Shown here: in pieces, positions 38,533 through 48,724 of the stretch
How positions within the stretch are numbered: position 1 is the stretch's first letter
How the letters are laid out: every line of letters starts with the position of its first letter
The notes under the pieces: generated by a model
Database searches by the model: none
Told to the model about the DNA's origin: nothing
What the model saw: the letters and a program-made list of their open reading frames with translations, nothing else
Made by a program: the position numbers and the translations under genes
Source of the DNA: Candidatus Methanosuratincola verstraetei
GTDB taxonomy: Archaea > Thermoproteota > Methanomethylicia > Methanomethylicales > Methanomethylicaceae
Direction: 5' to 3'
Assembly (NCBI GenBank): GCA_049570475.1
Contig: CP186953.1
Coordinates: 1,056,001-1,120,000 of the forward strand
DNA: 64,000 nt

Positions 38533-41118
38533 TCAATTCCCAGAAACAAGCCTCCCTTCCACGATGATCCCTGACTTTGGATCCTTAAACTTCACCAATA
38601 ATGGCTGGGGTCCGGTCGGAATCAAAGCAGCGAAGACATACGCGCCTGTCTTGGTTACCGGGATGCTGGTCCCGCTCTCCCCTATAATGACCATCGGGGC
38701 AACCTCGCGCATAAGCTCCCCGCCCTCATAAATGCTGAACCTGAAAGTCATCTTGTCGAGGCTACCAAGCGACCAGCTGTCCTGCCGATCGACCGAAAGG
38801 ATCTGGGCTTCTACCTTATATCTGTACCCAGTGGTTGATACTTCATAGAAGATCGTATCGGAGGTTGCTAATTCAGGGAGGCTCAGCATCCTCTCAAGGA
38901 AGTATGCTGCCCCCTGCTGGAGCGTATAACGCACTGCAGCGGTCGGCTTGAAGACCGAAAGCGAAACTGTTCCAGTTGGCAGAGGAACGAGCGCCCGTCC
39001 GGAGTTCCCTGCATACACGACTGCATTAGAGCCCCCGCCCGTGGCTGTCACTTTCCAACCCTGCTGCAATCCGGTTACCAACACACCGGACCAGTTGCCG
39101 CCTGTGGAGACTTTCGAGATCGAGTACGCACCTTGATCATCGCACGTCAGGGAGAGCGTGTCCCCGCCGGAAAGATATCCGGAATATTGTGCAATTGGTC
39201 TGGACTTGGGAATGCGTGTGACCAAAGCTGTACCGGTGAATGGTAACTGCACTCCTGCGACGGTGACCTCTGCTGTACCTCCAGTCACGGTCGCATTGAA
39301 AACGGCAGATCCGTCCGATCCGAATAGTGTAACCAAATCCCCCTCAGACACCCCAGCAAATTTGAGCCCACCAAAGTCCTGCGTTGTGCTTGAAACAAGC
39401 AGCGGCATCCCGGAATTGGTTGCAGTATATGTGAGCGTGGTGTTGGCATAGAATGTCCCGATCCTTACTGCCTGCTGGTCTGGGCTCACGCTCAGGACGC
39501 CTATGTCTGCTGGGAGGTTTGTGCGGACGTAATCCCACCCTGCATTCATGCCATTGATCGTGTTGGCATGGTGCAACAGGATCCCTCCTATTGGGGCATT
39601 AGTGCCCGTCGCAGTGAAGTTAGTCTCTGTCTCGACGCAGTAGATGTTCCATGTCGAGCCAACCCTCGAGATGTTCAGCGTGAGCGATGACCTTCCGTAT
39701 CTCAAAAGGGATCCCCCGTTTGGGTTGTTGGGCTGGACTCCGTAGTAGCAGTCCTCCAAATTTATTGCCGACGACATCCTGGGGCTGTTGAACTTTGCAG
39801 TCAGGTATGCTATTATGCTCCCAGACGTGTCCGTTATTGCCAATCCTATCCTGCTGGTGTATTGCGGCGATGTTGTCCAGCCAGAGAGCGCCACCCTCAC
39901 CGCAACATAAAAGTCGCCTTCTCCATAAACGGGCAGGGCGTAGAGCGCTCCTGGGTAGCTCGAGGCTGGTTGCCCCAGCCCGTTGTTCGTTATCTCCACC
40001 CCGGAGCCTTTCGTATTGAGGCAGCCACTGGAGACCGAGAAGATTGAGAGCCCCTGCGGCACCCATGCCCCGGTCGTTGCGGATGAAAACTCACCGTTGA
40101 ATGCCGTTGGGAGGTTTGTGAGGTTCAGTACCCCGGCGCCATTGGCGACCTGCCAAGCGGCTGTTTCCCCATTGCTGGCGGTGTACCACCACTCGCCTGC
40201 TGTTACGCCGAATAGGGCTGCGGGGGGTGCGCCCGGAGTCATCATCACATCCTCAACCTTCACAGTGTAAGCCGCGTCGTAGTCCATGTAGGCGGTTTCG
40301 TTTATGAAGTAATTTATTGACATGTATTTCAGCGGGGCGAAGCATGTGAAGGAGAGCTTCTGCGATTGCCCCTGCTTCAGCGTTGCCTGCTCGCCATAGC
40401 CTCCGGAAAATAGGGTGAATGCATATGAGGCGTTGTTGATCCCGAGCAGCGCCACGGGCGCCCCGCCATAAGCGGATGCATTTCCATAAAGCGAAGTCCC
40501 AGACGTATTGAACCTGAGCGTGACGATAGGGGCCATGTTCTGGTCATGTGCCGTGATCGTGAGGTAGAGGGGAGGGGAGTGGATGTTCCATGCGCCCTTC
40601 GAGGCAAAGATGATGATCGAGATGTTGTAAGCGTAAAGCGGCTGGTCGAACGCCTTCCAGAGCGTAAAGTTGTAGGTGCCCTTCGCCCTGGCGATGCCTT
40701 TGTTGGTCCATGCCAGGGAACCATTTGTGACGTTCAGGGAGAGTGCTTCGGACGAGGGTGCCGTGCCCTCAAAGACATATCCGTTTACTTCGGCCCATTG
40801 GTCCGCGGGCACTCCTTGGGGAGGGGATGTGAACGGCTCCGACCAAGCCTGCGGTCGCGGCATCTCCGAGATTGCATATGCCATGCCTGTCCCACCTCCA
40901 TGGATGGTCGCATCCGGCGCCAGGAGGACCTCACCTCCGCTGTAGAACGTAACGTAGCTCTGCCCCCCCTCAAGCGGTTGCACAATGCTTGATGCTGCTA
41001 ACATAAGCGCCATCACAAAAACTCCTAGTGCTGATTGCCCAAAACCTCCCGAACCATTTCCCCTGGTTAGGCCGATCCGTTTGATGCCTCGGTACAAAAT
41101 AACTGACGCCCCCATCAT
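38533..41118 (-). CDS. Large secreted, pilin-anchored beta-rich protein (putative adhesin)
   Basis: G|QSALGVFVMALMLAA N-terminus; S/T/G/N-rich; many NxS/T sequons. Confidence 0.7.
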   Translation of the reverse strand: MMGASVILYRGIKRIGLTRGNGSGGFGQSALGVFVMALMLAASSIVQPLEGGQSYVTFYSGGEVLLAPDATIHGGGTGMAYAISEMPRPQAWSEPFTSPPQGVPADQWAEVNGYVFEGTAPSSEALSLNVTNGSLAWTNKGIARAKGTYNFTLWKAFDQPLYAYNISIIIFASKGAWNIHSPPLYLTITAHDQNMAPIVTLRFNTSGTSLYGNASAYGGAPVALLGINNASYAFTLFSGGYGEQATLKQGQSQKLSFTCFAPLKYMSINYFINETAYMDYDAAYTVKVEDVMMTPGAPPAALFGVTAGEWWYTASNGETAAWQVANGAGVLNLTNLPTAFNGEFSSATTGAWVPQGLSIFSVSSGCLNTKGSGVEITNNGLGQPASSYPGALYALPVYGEGDFYVAVRVALSGWTTSPQYTSRIGLAITDTSGSIIAYLTAKFNSPRMSSAINLEDCYYGVQPNNPNGGSLLRYGRSSLTLNISRVGSTWNIYCVETETNFTATGTNAPIGGILLHHANTINGMNAGWDYVRTNLPADIGVLSVSPDQQAVRIGTFYANTTLTYTATNSGMPLLVSSTTQDFGGLKFAGVSEGDLVTLFGSDGSAVFNATVTGGTAEVTVAGVQLPFTGTALVTRIPKSRPIAQYSGYLSGGDTLSLTCDDQGAYSISKVSTGGNWSGVLVTGLQQGWKVTATGGGSNAVVYAGNSGRALVPLPTGTVSLSVFKPTAAVRYTLQQGAAYFLERMLSLPELATSDTIFYEVSTTGYRYKVEAQILSVDRQDSWSLGSLDKMTFRFSIYEGGELMREVAPMVIIGESGTSIPVTKTGAYVFAALIPTGPQPLLVKFKDPKSGIIVEGRLVSGN

Positions 41119-42095
41119 TACCCATAGTTATTGGTGTAGCGGAAGACGTCTCCACCCGAGACGTCCGCCTTGACCCATGCAGTCGCCCCGAGTACCCTCA
41201 AAGTCCCTATGAATTGCGAGTCCGCCACATGGACCAGCAACTCCGGCACCCCATCTAAAGCCGCCATGTCCGCAGGGCTCTTCCATGCTGCCCCCCTCAG
41301 GATCCCTGTGGAGTCCTCAACAAGCACGAGCGAAAGAGGAGGGGCATTGCGCACCCGCAAATATGCGAATCCGGGAGGGGATGCCCATGCGCTTGCATTA
41401 ATTATCGGGATGCTGTACGAAACAGTGTATGATTGCGAAACATTAACCAAACCGACTCCAGTTTGAGGGTAGCGCCACGATGCCGACTCTGGGGAATAAA
41501 CGACCAAATATGCCTCGGTCAAATGCTGATCGACTCTGATCTCAAGCGTCATGCCAGCTTCAGCCGGTCCAGCCAACTCAAAATTTCCGTGTTTGTCTGC
41601 AACGATTGCATACGATCCTGCAGGCAGTCCTTCAACAGTAACGGCGCCAATTCCGCCCAGGCCGCTCCGAGTTTTGTATAAGCTGAAATCAGGAGCCCCT
41701 AGAGTCGTAGTGTAACTGGTGCCGTCGGGCCCAGGCATAAGCCTTTTCAGGTCTTCGTTAGCCGATCTTTGGATGAATTCGTTTATGTAAGATTCTGCGT
41801 CATCCGGGTTGCCTGTCTTTGAGGCATATGCGCCTGCATTCCTCAGGACACTTCTGACCGTCTGCATGTTCGCCAAATCAGAATCCAAGCCGATCTTTGA
41901 TCCATGCCAAGCAGCGCTTGCAATGACAAAGCCTGTAGAGATCAGTATCAGCGCCAATGCCAATGCAGTCGCCGTAAGCGCGAAGCCCCGGTCCTTTTTA
42001 TTGTGGGGCTTAGCCGGCCCATAGCAGAACCCTTCCATCATTCCTACACCCCTCCTTTTATCGATGCTGCACAAACAGGAGGTCCGCCCCCTCAA
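41118..42095 (-). CDS. Pilin-like protein with class III signal peptide (start probably downstream of the track start)
   Basis: KKDRG|FALTATALALALILIST. Confidence 0.7.
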   Translation of the reverse strand: MRGRTSCLCSIDKRRGVGMMEGFCYGPAKPHNKKDRGFALTATALALALILISTGFVIASAAWHGSKIGLDSDLANMQTVRSVLRNAGAYASKTGNPDDAESYINEFIQRSANEDLKRLMPGPDGTSYTTTLGAPDFSLYKTRSGLGGIGAVTVEGLPAGSYAIVADKHGNFELAGPAEAGMTLEIRVDQHLTEAYLVVYSPESASWRYPQTGVGLVNVSQSYTVSYSIPIINASAWASPPGFAYLRVRNAPPLSLVLVEDSTGILRGAAWKSPADMAALDGVPELLVHVADSQFIGTLRVLGATAWVKADVSGGDVFRYTNNYG

Positions 42096-42580
42096 GGTCT
42101 CAACATGAGCCTTATCCCATCATGGGTTCTAGTTATTACCAGTGCTATGTCGCCTGCAGGCATTGTAAGGTTGTTCATTTGAACGTTGTATTCAACGATA
42201 ATGTGAGTCCCATTCGAGTGGACTGATTGGATGATCGCCCCGGGGTCTTGCAGACTCAAGGCCCCTTGATCCATGACAATGTTGGTTGGGAACGCCAGCT
42301 TAGAACGACTGCCGTTGACCGTCAATTCGGCTGGTCCCCCTTCCCAGTGCATGATGCACACGGCCCCGCTCCCGGGCTCCGAGAGATACGCTCTCTGAAT
42401 CAGCATGTTGAGCGATTTTATGGTCTGTAGGTCTGTTCCCCCTTCTGTATGGTAGCTTTCAGTAATCCTGCCTTCTGACGCAACAGCAGCCGTAACCAAT
42501 AGAGCTGCGAAAGTAGTCAAGATCAAATCAACAGGGCGTGAAATGCCTGCCGTTTTGCGGATGTTGCGGTCCCACACCAT
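42092..42580 (-). CDS. Pilin-like protein
   Basis: MVWDRNIRKTAG|ISRPVDLILTTFAALLV. Confidence 0.6.
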   Translation of the reverse strand: MVWDRNIRKTAGISRPVDLILTTFAALLVTAAVASEGRITESYHTEGGTDLQTIKSLNMLIQRAYLSEPGSGAVCIMHWEGGPAELTVNGSRSKLAFPTNIVMDQGALSLQDPGAIIQSVHSNGTHIIVEYNVQMNNLTMPAGDIALVITRTHDGIRLMLRP

Positions 42581-42770
42581 CAACAGACCCCCTGCAGATC
42601 CAGAGAGGATAAATAAACTAGCCTGGATGATCGGTCCCAATGGATTCCGCTCAGATGGGTTTGTAACCATGGGGCCCGAAAATGCGATTGAGCTTATTCT
42701 GACCCCTCCAGGGCACTGTGCCCTGTCATGCCTTGCCAGGGCCATTACGTTCTGCTATGAAAATTTATTT

Positions 42771-43220
42771 TTACTCTGATATTGCAAGCGTCACCAGGTA
42801 CGGCTCTGGGTTCGACTCGCAGGAAACTAGATATGGAGACGAAGCCGCTGCGTTTCTCCAGTCAAACCCTTGCGAGGAAAAGGACCAGTTCAGCTCCCAG
42901 CTGGGGGAATAGACGCATAGGCAGTAGCTCGCCCCCTCCGGCAGCAGTTCCCCAATGGCCCGGCGCACCGCTGACGAGTCATGCCCCTCTATAAGCCTTG
43001 CGAGGCAGCCATTCGAGTCCAAAAAGCTCAGGACGTGTGTTGCGTAATCCCCGAGGCATTGATCGGGCTCTGGTGGCGCTTGGGTAGCCAGCGAGCTGTA
43101 TGCAGCAAGGCCGATTATCATTATAACGCAGGCTACCATGCAGTCAAAAATCAACGCAACGCCTCTGCCCCAACCCTTCGTTTGAGGGGATATCGCTTGT
43201 CTAATCAGGGATCCCATCAA
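42771..43220 (-). CDS. Pilin-like protein
   Basis: KGWGRG|VALIFDCMVACVIMII. Confidence 0.65.
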   Translation of the reverse strand: MMGSLIRQAISPQTKGWGRGVALIFDCMVACVIMIIGLAAYSSLATQAPPEPDQCLGDYATHVLSFLDSNGCLARLIEGHDSSAVRRAIGELLPEGASYCLCVYSPSWELNWSFSSQGFDWRNAAASSPYLVSCESNPEPYLVTLAISE

Positions 43221-43229
43221 AGCTCACCG

Positions 43230-43688
43230 CTAAGTAAGTCCATCGCTTGCATATACCTCAAGCCTTACAAAAGTCCCATCTCCGAGGACGATCCCGCTCA
43301 CGTATTTCTGGGCGCCCGCGCCGAGGGGATGCATGGCGGGTCCTTGCTTGATCCATATTCTTGTAATTCCGCCTGATGGATCAATGCTGTAGCAGGTAGC
43401 CCTGATTGCGATCTCCACGCCTGGAGCGGGGCTAAGATAGCAGCCGGGTTCGCAAACAGGCTCCCAGGATGACCATCTTTCTGAAGAGTTCCCGTTTTGC
43501 ATCAAAATCTCTGATGCCACTATGCAAGCAGCCGCCTCCAGCCTCGGCTTATCGATCCTATCCATCGATGATTCGTAGACGGCGACCGCTGTGTATTGCG
43601 ATACCGAAAAAGCTGCCAAAAATATCGCGAAAGCAATTGTGGCTTCTAAGGCCTGATCCATTTTCCGCCACTCGGGGCTCGACCCCAA
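43230..43688 (-). CDS. Pilin-like protein
   Basis: RKMD-QALEATIAFAIFLAAF hydrophobic N-terminus. Confidence 0.6.
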   Translation of the reverse strand: MGSSPEWRKMDQALEATIAFAIFLAAFSVSQYTAVAVYESSMDRIDKPRLEAAACIVASEILMQNGNSSERWSSWEPVCEPGCYLSPAPGVEIAIRATCYSIDPSGGITRIWIKQGPAMHPLGAGAQKYVSGIVLGDGTFVRLEVYASDGLT

Positions 43689-43701
43689 ACTTTAGTCTTG
43701 C

Positions 43702-44133
43702 TTAAATCCCCTCGGCTCGTTGCCCCGAGACCGAGATTATTGCCGTCCCATTCGGGTAAGCTGTCACAATGAATGACGAAGAACTGATCCTCGAGGGCTG
43801 AATGTCTATGCGGCCCATTAAAGAGACTGATGCATTAATCAAACTCCCCTTGAATGTGGAGACTACGGTTATGCTTGTCCCTGAGGCCTCGACCAGCGCT
43901 TCTTCAGAGAATATGACATATGTTTTAACTGCCGTGCCGCTCTGCGCCGCTTCGCTGGCAGCCTCCGCCGCCCCTGCAGCCATCTGAAAAGCCATGCATC
44001 TTACAGCGCTCTCTTCCATCACCATGCTGGCCCTCTCCCAGAAAGCAGCCGAGGTGCTTGCGAACAATGATCCGGATGCCAGGAGGGAGGCGATCAAAAT
44101 TATGGTTGTGACAGACCTGTCCATTGGACTCAC
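43702..44133 (-). CDS. Pilin-like or membrane-anchored protein
   Basis: N-terminal hydrophobic helix followed by beta strands; overlapping operon gene. Confidence 0.6.
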   Translation of the reverse strand: MSPMDRSVTTIILIASLLASGSLFASTSAAFWERASMVMEESAVRCMAFQMAAGAAEAASEAAQSGTAVKTYVIFSEEALVEASGTSITVVSTFKGSLINASVSLMGRIDIQPSRISSSSFIVTAYPNGTAIISVSGQRAEGI

Positions 44134-44900
44134 CTCAGCCAGATCGGAGTGTAGCAGACGCGACCTAGCTCGACTGTGACTTTGTCCCCCCTGCTGACAG
44201 AGAAGCTGAGTGCCTTGACCCCGTCGACGAAGATCTCCACGCCTCCAGGCAAATCAACATACCTCGAGAAAGCCAGGTCCTTCCAGCAACTCTTTAGAAG
44301 CAATAGGTCAAAAGTTCCGGCTGCCGAAAAAGGTCCCTCGATGCTCCCGACAATTATCCTTACCGAATGTGTTCTTACGTTGAGATCGCTCGCAGAACAA
44401 GCGTATCCGATCGCGGGGACGGGCATTATGAATGCTGCCCGCTCCCCTTCAAGCATCCCATTGAAGATCCTGACCCTGCTTCCATCGTCCAGAAAGCCGG
44501 AGCTTTTCCCTGCACTCAAAACCGAGAAGTTCTCCTTTGGGGCGCTCGTTATCGATCCGCCAACTATGCACAGGCCTCTCTTACCGATCAGGACGCTCTG
44601 GGATCCCCCTGGGAGGCTGAGGGTGACATTGAACACGCCCAGCTCCTTTTCAACCATAGGCAATCCGCCGGTCGAGAACCCGAAAACTATGCCTGTCTCA
44701 TTCCTCGAAATGACATTGCCAATCTCAGCCGCCTTAGTCTGGATTGTGACCTCGGGGGATTTTGGCACCTGCATCGCGATGTACTTCCCTCCTACAGCTA
44801 ATCCGGCAACTGCTGCAACCATTGCGACAGATATCATTATTGCAGTTATTCCTACATGCATGCTTCTACACCTGCGCTTCCCGTCCTTGCCATCTGGCAA
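44130..44900 (-). CDS. Pilin-like membrane-anchored protein
   Basis: KRRCRSMHVG|ITAIMISVAMVAAVAG. Confidence 0.6.
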   Translation of the reverse strand: MPDGKDGKRRCRSMHVGITAIMISVAMVAAVAGLAVGGKYIAMQVPKSPEVTIQTKAAEIGNVISRNETGIVFGFSTGGLPMVEKELGVFNVTLSLPGGSQSVLIGKRGLCIVGGSITSAPKENFSVLSAGKSSGFLDDGSRVRIFNGMLEGERAAFIMPVPAIGYACSASDLNVRTHSVRIIVGSIEGPFSAAGTFDLLLLKSCWKDLAFSRYVDLPGGVEIFVDGVKALSFSVSRGDKVTVELGRVCYTPIWLR

Positions 44901-44911
44901 TCGTTAATTCC

Positions 44912-47755
44912 CTAAATTGTGCCAACAAGCAGTATTCTACCATCCCTGGCTGGATTATACAGTATTGATGACGAATGCCCGGGGACCAGTTGAAGCCACA
45001 ACCCTTCCGGGCCGCCTACCGTTGCAATTATTCCATGATAATCGGCATACGTGGCGGCGGCAATCTCCGCCTCGATCTTGGTTTCAGGGACAGAAAGCGT
45101 GCTGTCCACAGGTATTCGGCCATATTCTGGGGCTAAGGCGCTCATGTCGATGTAGACCTGCCCATCCTGCCTGGCAAGGCTCGCCCTCTGCGTGGGTCCA
45201 AAGTAGCCAAGCAGCCCGTGGGTGCCGTTAAAGGGGTGTGCATACGTGTCCCAGTAGAGCGCTACCTGCACCCCCGACACGCCTGCCAGGCTCTCTCGGT
45301 CTCCCCAGTCGATCGCCTCGACAGCAAGGCACGTCGCGTTGAAGTGGTAAACCACCGGAGCCAGCACGGTGTAGTTGATCCTGCTGGTGGGCAGCCAGCT
45401 TGCCCTGAAGACATTCCCGTCCTGTAGGATCGCCCAGACTGGCAGCTCGACGGTCGAGAAGAGCGTCGAAGCATTCATCTCCTCGTACGGTATGTACAGA
45501 CTCGAGAAACCATGCGAATCGCACGGGGTCGAGAGCCTGCTTGCATTCAAAGTCCCGCCTGCTAGCGCACTGTACGCGCCCTCGAGCGAGGTCATGTAAT
45601 ATCCGCCCCTGCCTGTCACCGGGTGCCCATCTGTGGCGAAGACGAACCTGAATTTTGCAGCCGCGCCAGTCAGGTTGTAGTCGAACTCGGCGGCCACCAT
45701 CACCGTGTCGATCCACCAAGTGCTGTTGTACGAATAGTTGTTGGCTCCGGCGCTCACAACCGCATAAGCATAGTGCTGCGACCCCACGGGCGCGCTCCTG
45801 TTAGTCGAGTAGAACTTGCCTGAAAAATCACCGAATGCAATTGTGAACCACCCGGATGCATTTGTTGTGGTCGTGCCGCTGAACTTGCATACTGCATTCT
45901 TCCAACTTCCTTCGGAGTAGCATATTGCACCAGACGTGTCCAGCCACGCTGTGACAGTGACTTGCGAGGGGGCGGTCGTTCCCGGCACCGTCCCGGTCAC
46001 GTTCACTCCAAAGTTCTCATTGACTATCACTCTATCAAGGCGCTCGCCTGTGAGTATGCTGCATGGGGAGACTGTTACTGGCTCGATGGTCTGCTCCTGC
46101 TGCTCGAGCGCGAACCTCGCGGACGCGTTCTTGTCCTCATTCATCATCAATTGAACCGTTTCGGAGGTGTATTCTATCCCGTTGATAGACCAATTCTGGA
46201 AGGTGTAGCCTGGGTATGGCGTTGCGGTCAGTGAGACTGCCTTGCCTGCCTCGTATCTGTACCTGCCAGGCGTTGGGCTGGTGCTACCTCCATCAGCAGG
46301 CTGCACAGTCAGGTAATAGTAGGTGGTTTGGGGCGGCGATTCCGTTATTGTGACCGCTATGTCAACACTCCTAGTCGCCCCCCCTGAAGCAGTGCCCACA
46401 ACCCTCAACGTGTACGTGCCAGCGGGGGAGCTTGAACCCGTCTGGATCAGCAGAGATGCGGTTGCTGTCGGGACTAATGTTAGCGGCGAGATCCCTATCG
46501 AGACGTCGAATGGAGCGTTGTCTGCCCAAAAATGGCTGAGCGAGACCTGTTCTGCAATGCCGGAAAGAAGGGTTGCCAATACTGTGGCGCTTCTGCTTCC
46601 GCCCTTTTGAACGACCACATCCCCTGATTTTGACATGCTGAAGTTGAAAGGGGTTGGCGCTGCGGTGAAGATTGGGCTCAGGGTGTGGTTTGCGTCCATT
46701 ATCACCGAGACTGGGTTGGAGTAGACCGTCTGGCCGTCTAGGAGCCAGTGGGAGAAGCAATTCCCGGGGGAAGGCGAAGCCTGCACTGCGACCTGTTGCG
46801 GCGAAGTGTATGTATATGTCCCTGCCGTGGGGCTTGTGCTTCCGCCATTCGAGGGCGTGATCGTTAGGTATGTGCGGATTATCACTTGGAGGCTCTTCAC
46901 ATCGATTATGCCCATCGAATCGGTTGCTGTGCAAGTAACCGTGTATACGCCAGGATAGGCATATGATTTGGATGGGCTCTGTTCGTGGGATACGCTGCCG
47001 TCGCCGAAGTCCCAGCAGAAGGCGTAGGGGGCGACGCCGTCCTTGGCTGAAGCGCTGAACCGGATTGGGGCGCCTATGGGTGACTCGTTCATGCTGGCTG
47101 AGATGCTGATCTCCGTCCAATGAAAAGCCAGGCTCAAAGAGGATAGCGTCGCCCTGACTTTGACCTCAGCATAGTCCGTGATGTACTCATTGTTCCAATA
47201 TGAGTAACTTGCAACCGCCCAGGCTGCAGGGCCTTCCACCGTGTAGATCGTGCTCCCTCCTGAGTACTTGCTTGCGCCCAGCTTGATAATGCCGCCCGAG
47301 GGCCCCGCTCCATACAGTGCGTCCCCCATCCCTGCTGGCGGACAGGAGAGCCCAACCCCGTCCTCGGGGTTATGAAAGACCGGCGCCGTCACGGCGAAGT
47401 TCTGTGCCTCCCACGCCAAGTAAGAGACTGCCCTCTGGACAGATGAGGAATACGAGAGGCTTCCGGAGATGTTCGCGTTCGGCCAGCCGCCGCCTCCGGT
47501 CGGAACGGATGCCCGCACATCGAGCTCAAACCCGCCTGGTACGGTGTACGCCTGGTAGTACAGTATAGGCTGTTCAAATCCTAGCCGCGAGGCCTCGTCG
47601 TTTGGGAACACAGGCCCTGCCTGCCAGCTCCATGCGAGCTGCCCCGGGGTCAGGGTGACGCTCTCAGTGTATGCGCCCACTGGATGCGTAAAGGTCGCTG
47701 TCGAGGCGAAAATGAGCAAGAGGAACCAGAACACTCTGGGGCTGGTCTTGACCAA
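44912..47755 (-). CDS. Secreted surface protein with a PKD domain and two InlB B-repeat-like units
   Basis: Sec signal; WDFGDG...Y..PG.YTV (PKD); repeats YLTI...GGSTSPTAG...FSHW and YLTV...GGSTSPTPG...FQNW. Confidence 0.85.
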   Translation of the reverse strand: MVKTSPRVFWFLLLIFASTATFTHPVGAYTESVTLTPGQLAWSWQAGPVFPNDEASRLGFEQPILYYQAYTVPGGFELDVRASVPTGGGGWPNANISGSLSYSSSVQRAVSYLAWEAQNFAVTAPVFHNPEDGVGLSCPPAGMGDALYGAGPSGGIIKLGASKYSGGSTIYTVEGPAAWAVASYSYWNNEYITDYAEVKVRATLSSLSLAFHWTEISISASMNESPIGAPIRFSASAKDGVAPYAFCWDFGDGSVSHEQSPSKSYAYPGVYTVTCTATDSMGIIDVKSLQVIIRTYLTITPSNGGSTSPTAGTYTYTSPQQVAVQASPSPGNCFSHWLLDGQTVYSNPVSVIMDANHTLSPIFTAAPTPFNFSMSKSGDVVVQKGGSRSATVLATLLSGIAEQVSLSHFWADNAPFDVSIGISPLTLVPTATASLLIQTGSSSPAGTYTLRVVGTASGGATRSVDIAVTITESPPQTTYYYLTVQPADGGSTSPTPGRYRYEAGKAVSLTATPYPGYTFQNWSINGIEYTSETVQLMMNEDKNASARFALEQQEQTIEPVTVSPCSILTGERLDRVIVNENFGVNVTGTVPGTTAPSQVTVTAWLDTSGAICYSEGSWKNAVCKFSGTTTTNASGWFTIAFGDFSGKFYSTNRSAPVGSQHYAYAVVSAGANNYSYNSTWWIDTVMVAAEFDYNLTGAAAKFRFVFATDGHPVTGRGGYYMTSLEGAYSALAGGTLNASRLSTPCDSHGFSSLYIPYEEMNASTLFSTVELPVWAILQDGNVFRASWLPTSRINYTVLAPVVYHFNATCLAVEAIDWGDRESLAGVSGVQVALYWDTYAHPFNGTHGLLGYFGPTQRASLARQDGQVYIDMSALAPEYGRIPVDSTLSVPETKIEAEIAAATYADYHGIIATVGGPEGLWLQLVPGHSSSILYNPARDGRILLVGTI

Positions 47756-47767
47756 TTTTTAACCCCC

Positions 47768-48589
47768 TCAAGATTGTCCCAAGTCCTGGATTGAATTCAA
47801 GGTGAAAGTGGGGCTCCACCAAAAAATGAGTGGCATCTCTGCTTCAACGGTCAGCTCCACCCTGTGCTCTCCGGCGAGCCCGGTCAAATCCACGGCGGTG
47901 CCGCTAACAGGCATCTCGCTTCCATCTACTAGGCACTTTACGATGGAAAGCGTGACCCATCCCCTTCCCCACCAATCGAAATCCACCGCCATTATTTTTG
48001 ATTGTTCGGTGTATAGCAAGTACTTGTCGCTTATCGGGACTATCCCGACCACGGTTGCGTCCGAAGGCAGGTAATTCTTGCCTGTGGTGCGCAGCATAAG
48101 TTTGTAGGCTTCAATAAACTCACTGGCGTTTAGAGACAGCTCGTACCCCTCCCCGTAAGGGACTTGCTGAAGCTCTCGCCAATGTGCCGACGAATGGACC
48201 TCATAGACTGCGTCGATGAACCTGGTGCTCGCGACTCTTGGGGGAGCGTCTGATGGGTGGACATAGCTCCTCAAGAAATGCGTGGAGTTGTCCGGCAGCT
48301 TCACTATCAGTGTAGTAACCGGTCCAATTGAGCTTCTGATGCCAGAGACGTTGACCTTCAAAGCCGCGAAATTCAGCGGCCTCTCTAAGAATATGCCCTC
48401 TGGCGCTGGCTCGTACCTGCACTCCTCCTCCTCTGCTGCAACGCTAATGATCTCATAAACTGGCCGAACCGTTGCTGAGATCAAGTGCGGGATCGAAAGC
48501 CATATTGAAATTGCAACCACTCCGGAAACGGCCAAAACATAAATGGCGGCTTCCACTCCAATCCTCAGCCTCAACCGATTCCACCCCAA
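47768..48589 (-). CDS. Membrane-anchored hypothetical protein, first gene of the surface operon
   Basis: RLRLRIG-VEAAIYVLAVSGVVAISIW N-terminal TM helix. Confidence 0.7.
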   Translation of the reverse strand: MGWNRLRLRIGVEAAIYVLAVSGVVAISIWLSIPHLISATVRPVYEIISVAAEEEECRYEPAPEGIFLERPLNFAALKVNVSGIRSSIGPVTTLIVKLPDNSTHFLRSYVHPSDAPPRVASTRFIDAVYEVHSSAHWRELQQVPYGEGYELSLNASEFIEAYKLMLRTTGKNYLPSDATVVGIVPISDKYLLYTEQSKIMAVDFDWWGRGWVTLSIVKCLVDGSEMPVSGTAVDLTGLAGEHRVELTVEAEMPLIFWWSPTFTLNSIQDLGQS

Positions 48590-48724
48590 AAAATACAGCC
48601 CCCTTTTAACGGCAAGGATTCAGCAAGATCAACAATTTCCCAAAGCGGTTCACCTCCACGCTTGGCGCCCACTCTTTGATTTCCTTCCAAATCTGATATT
48701 AGACAGAAAAGCGGATCCGATCGT

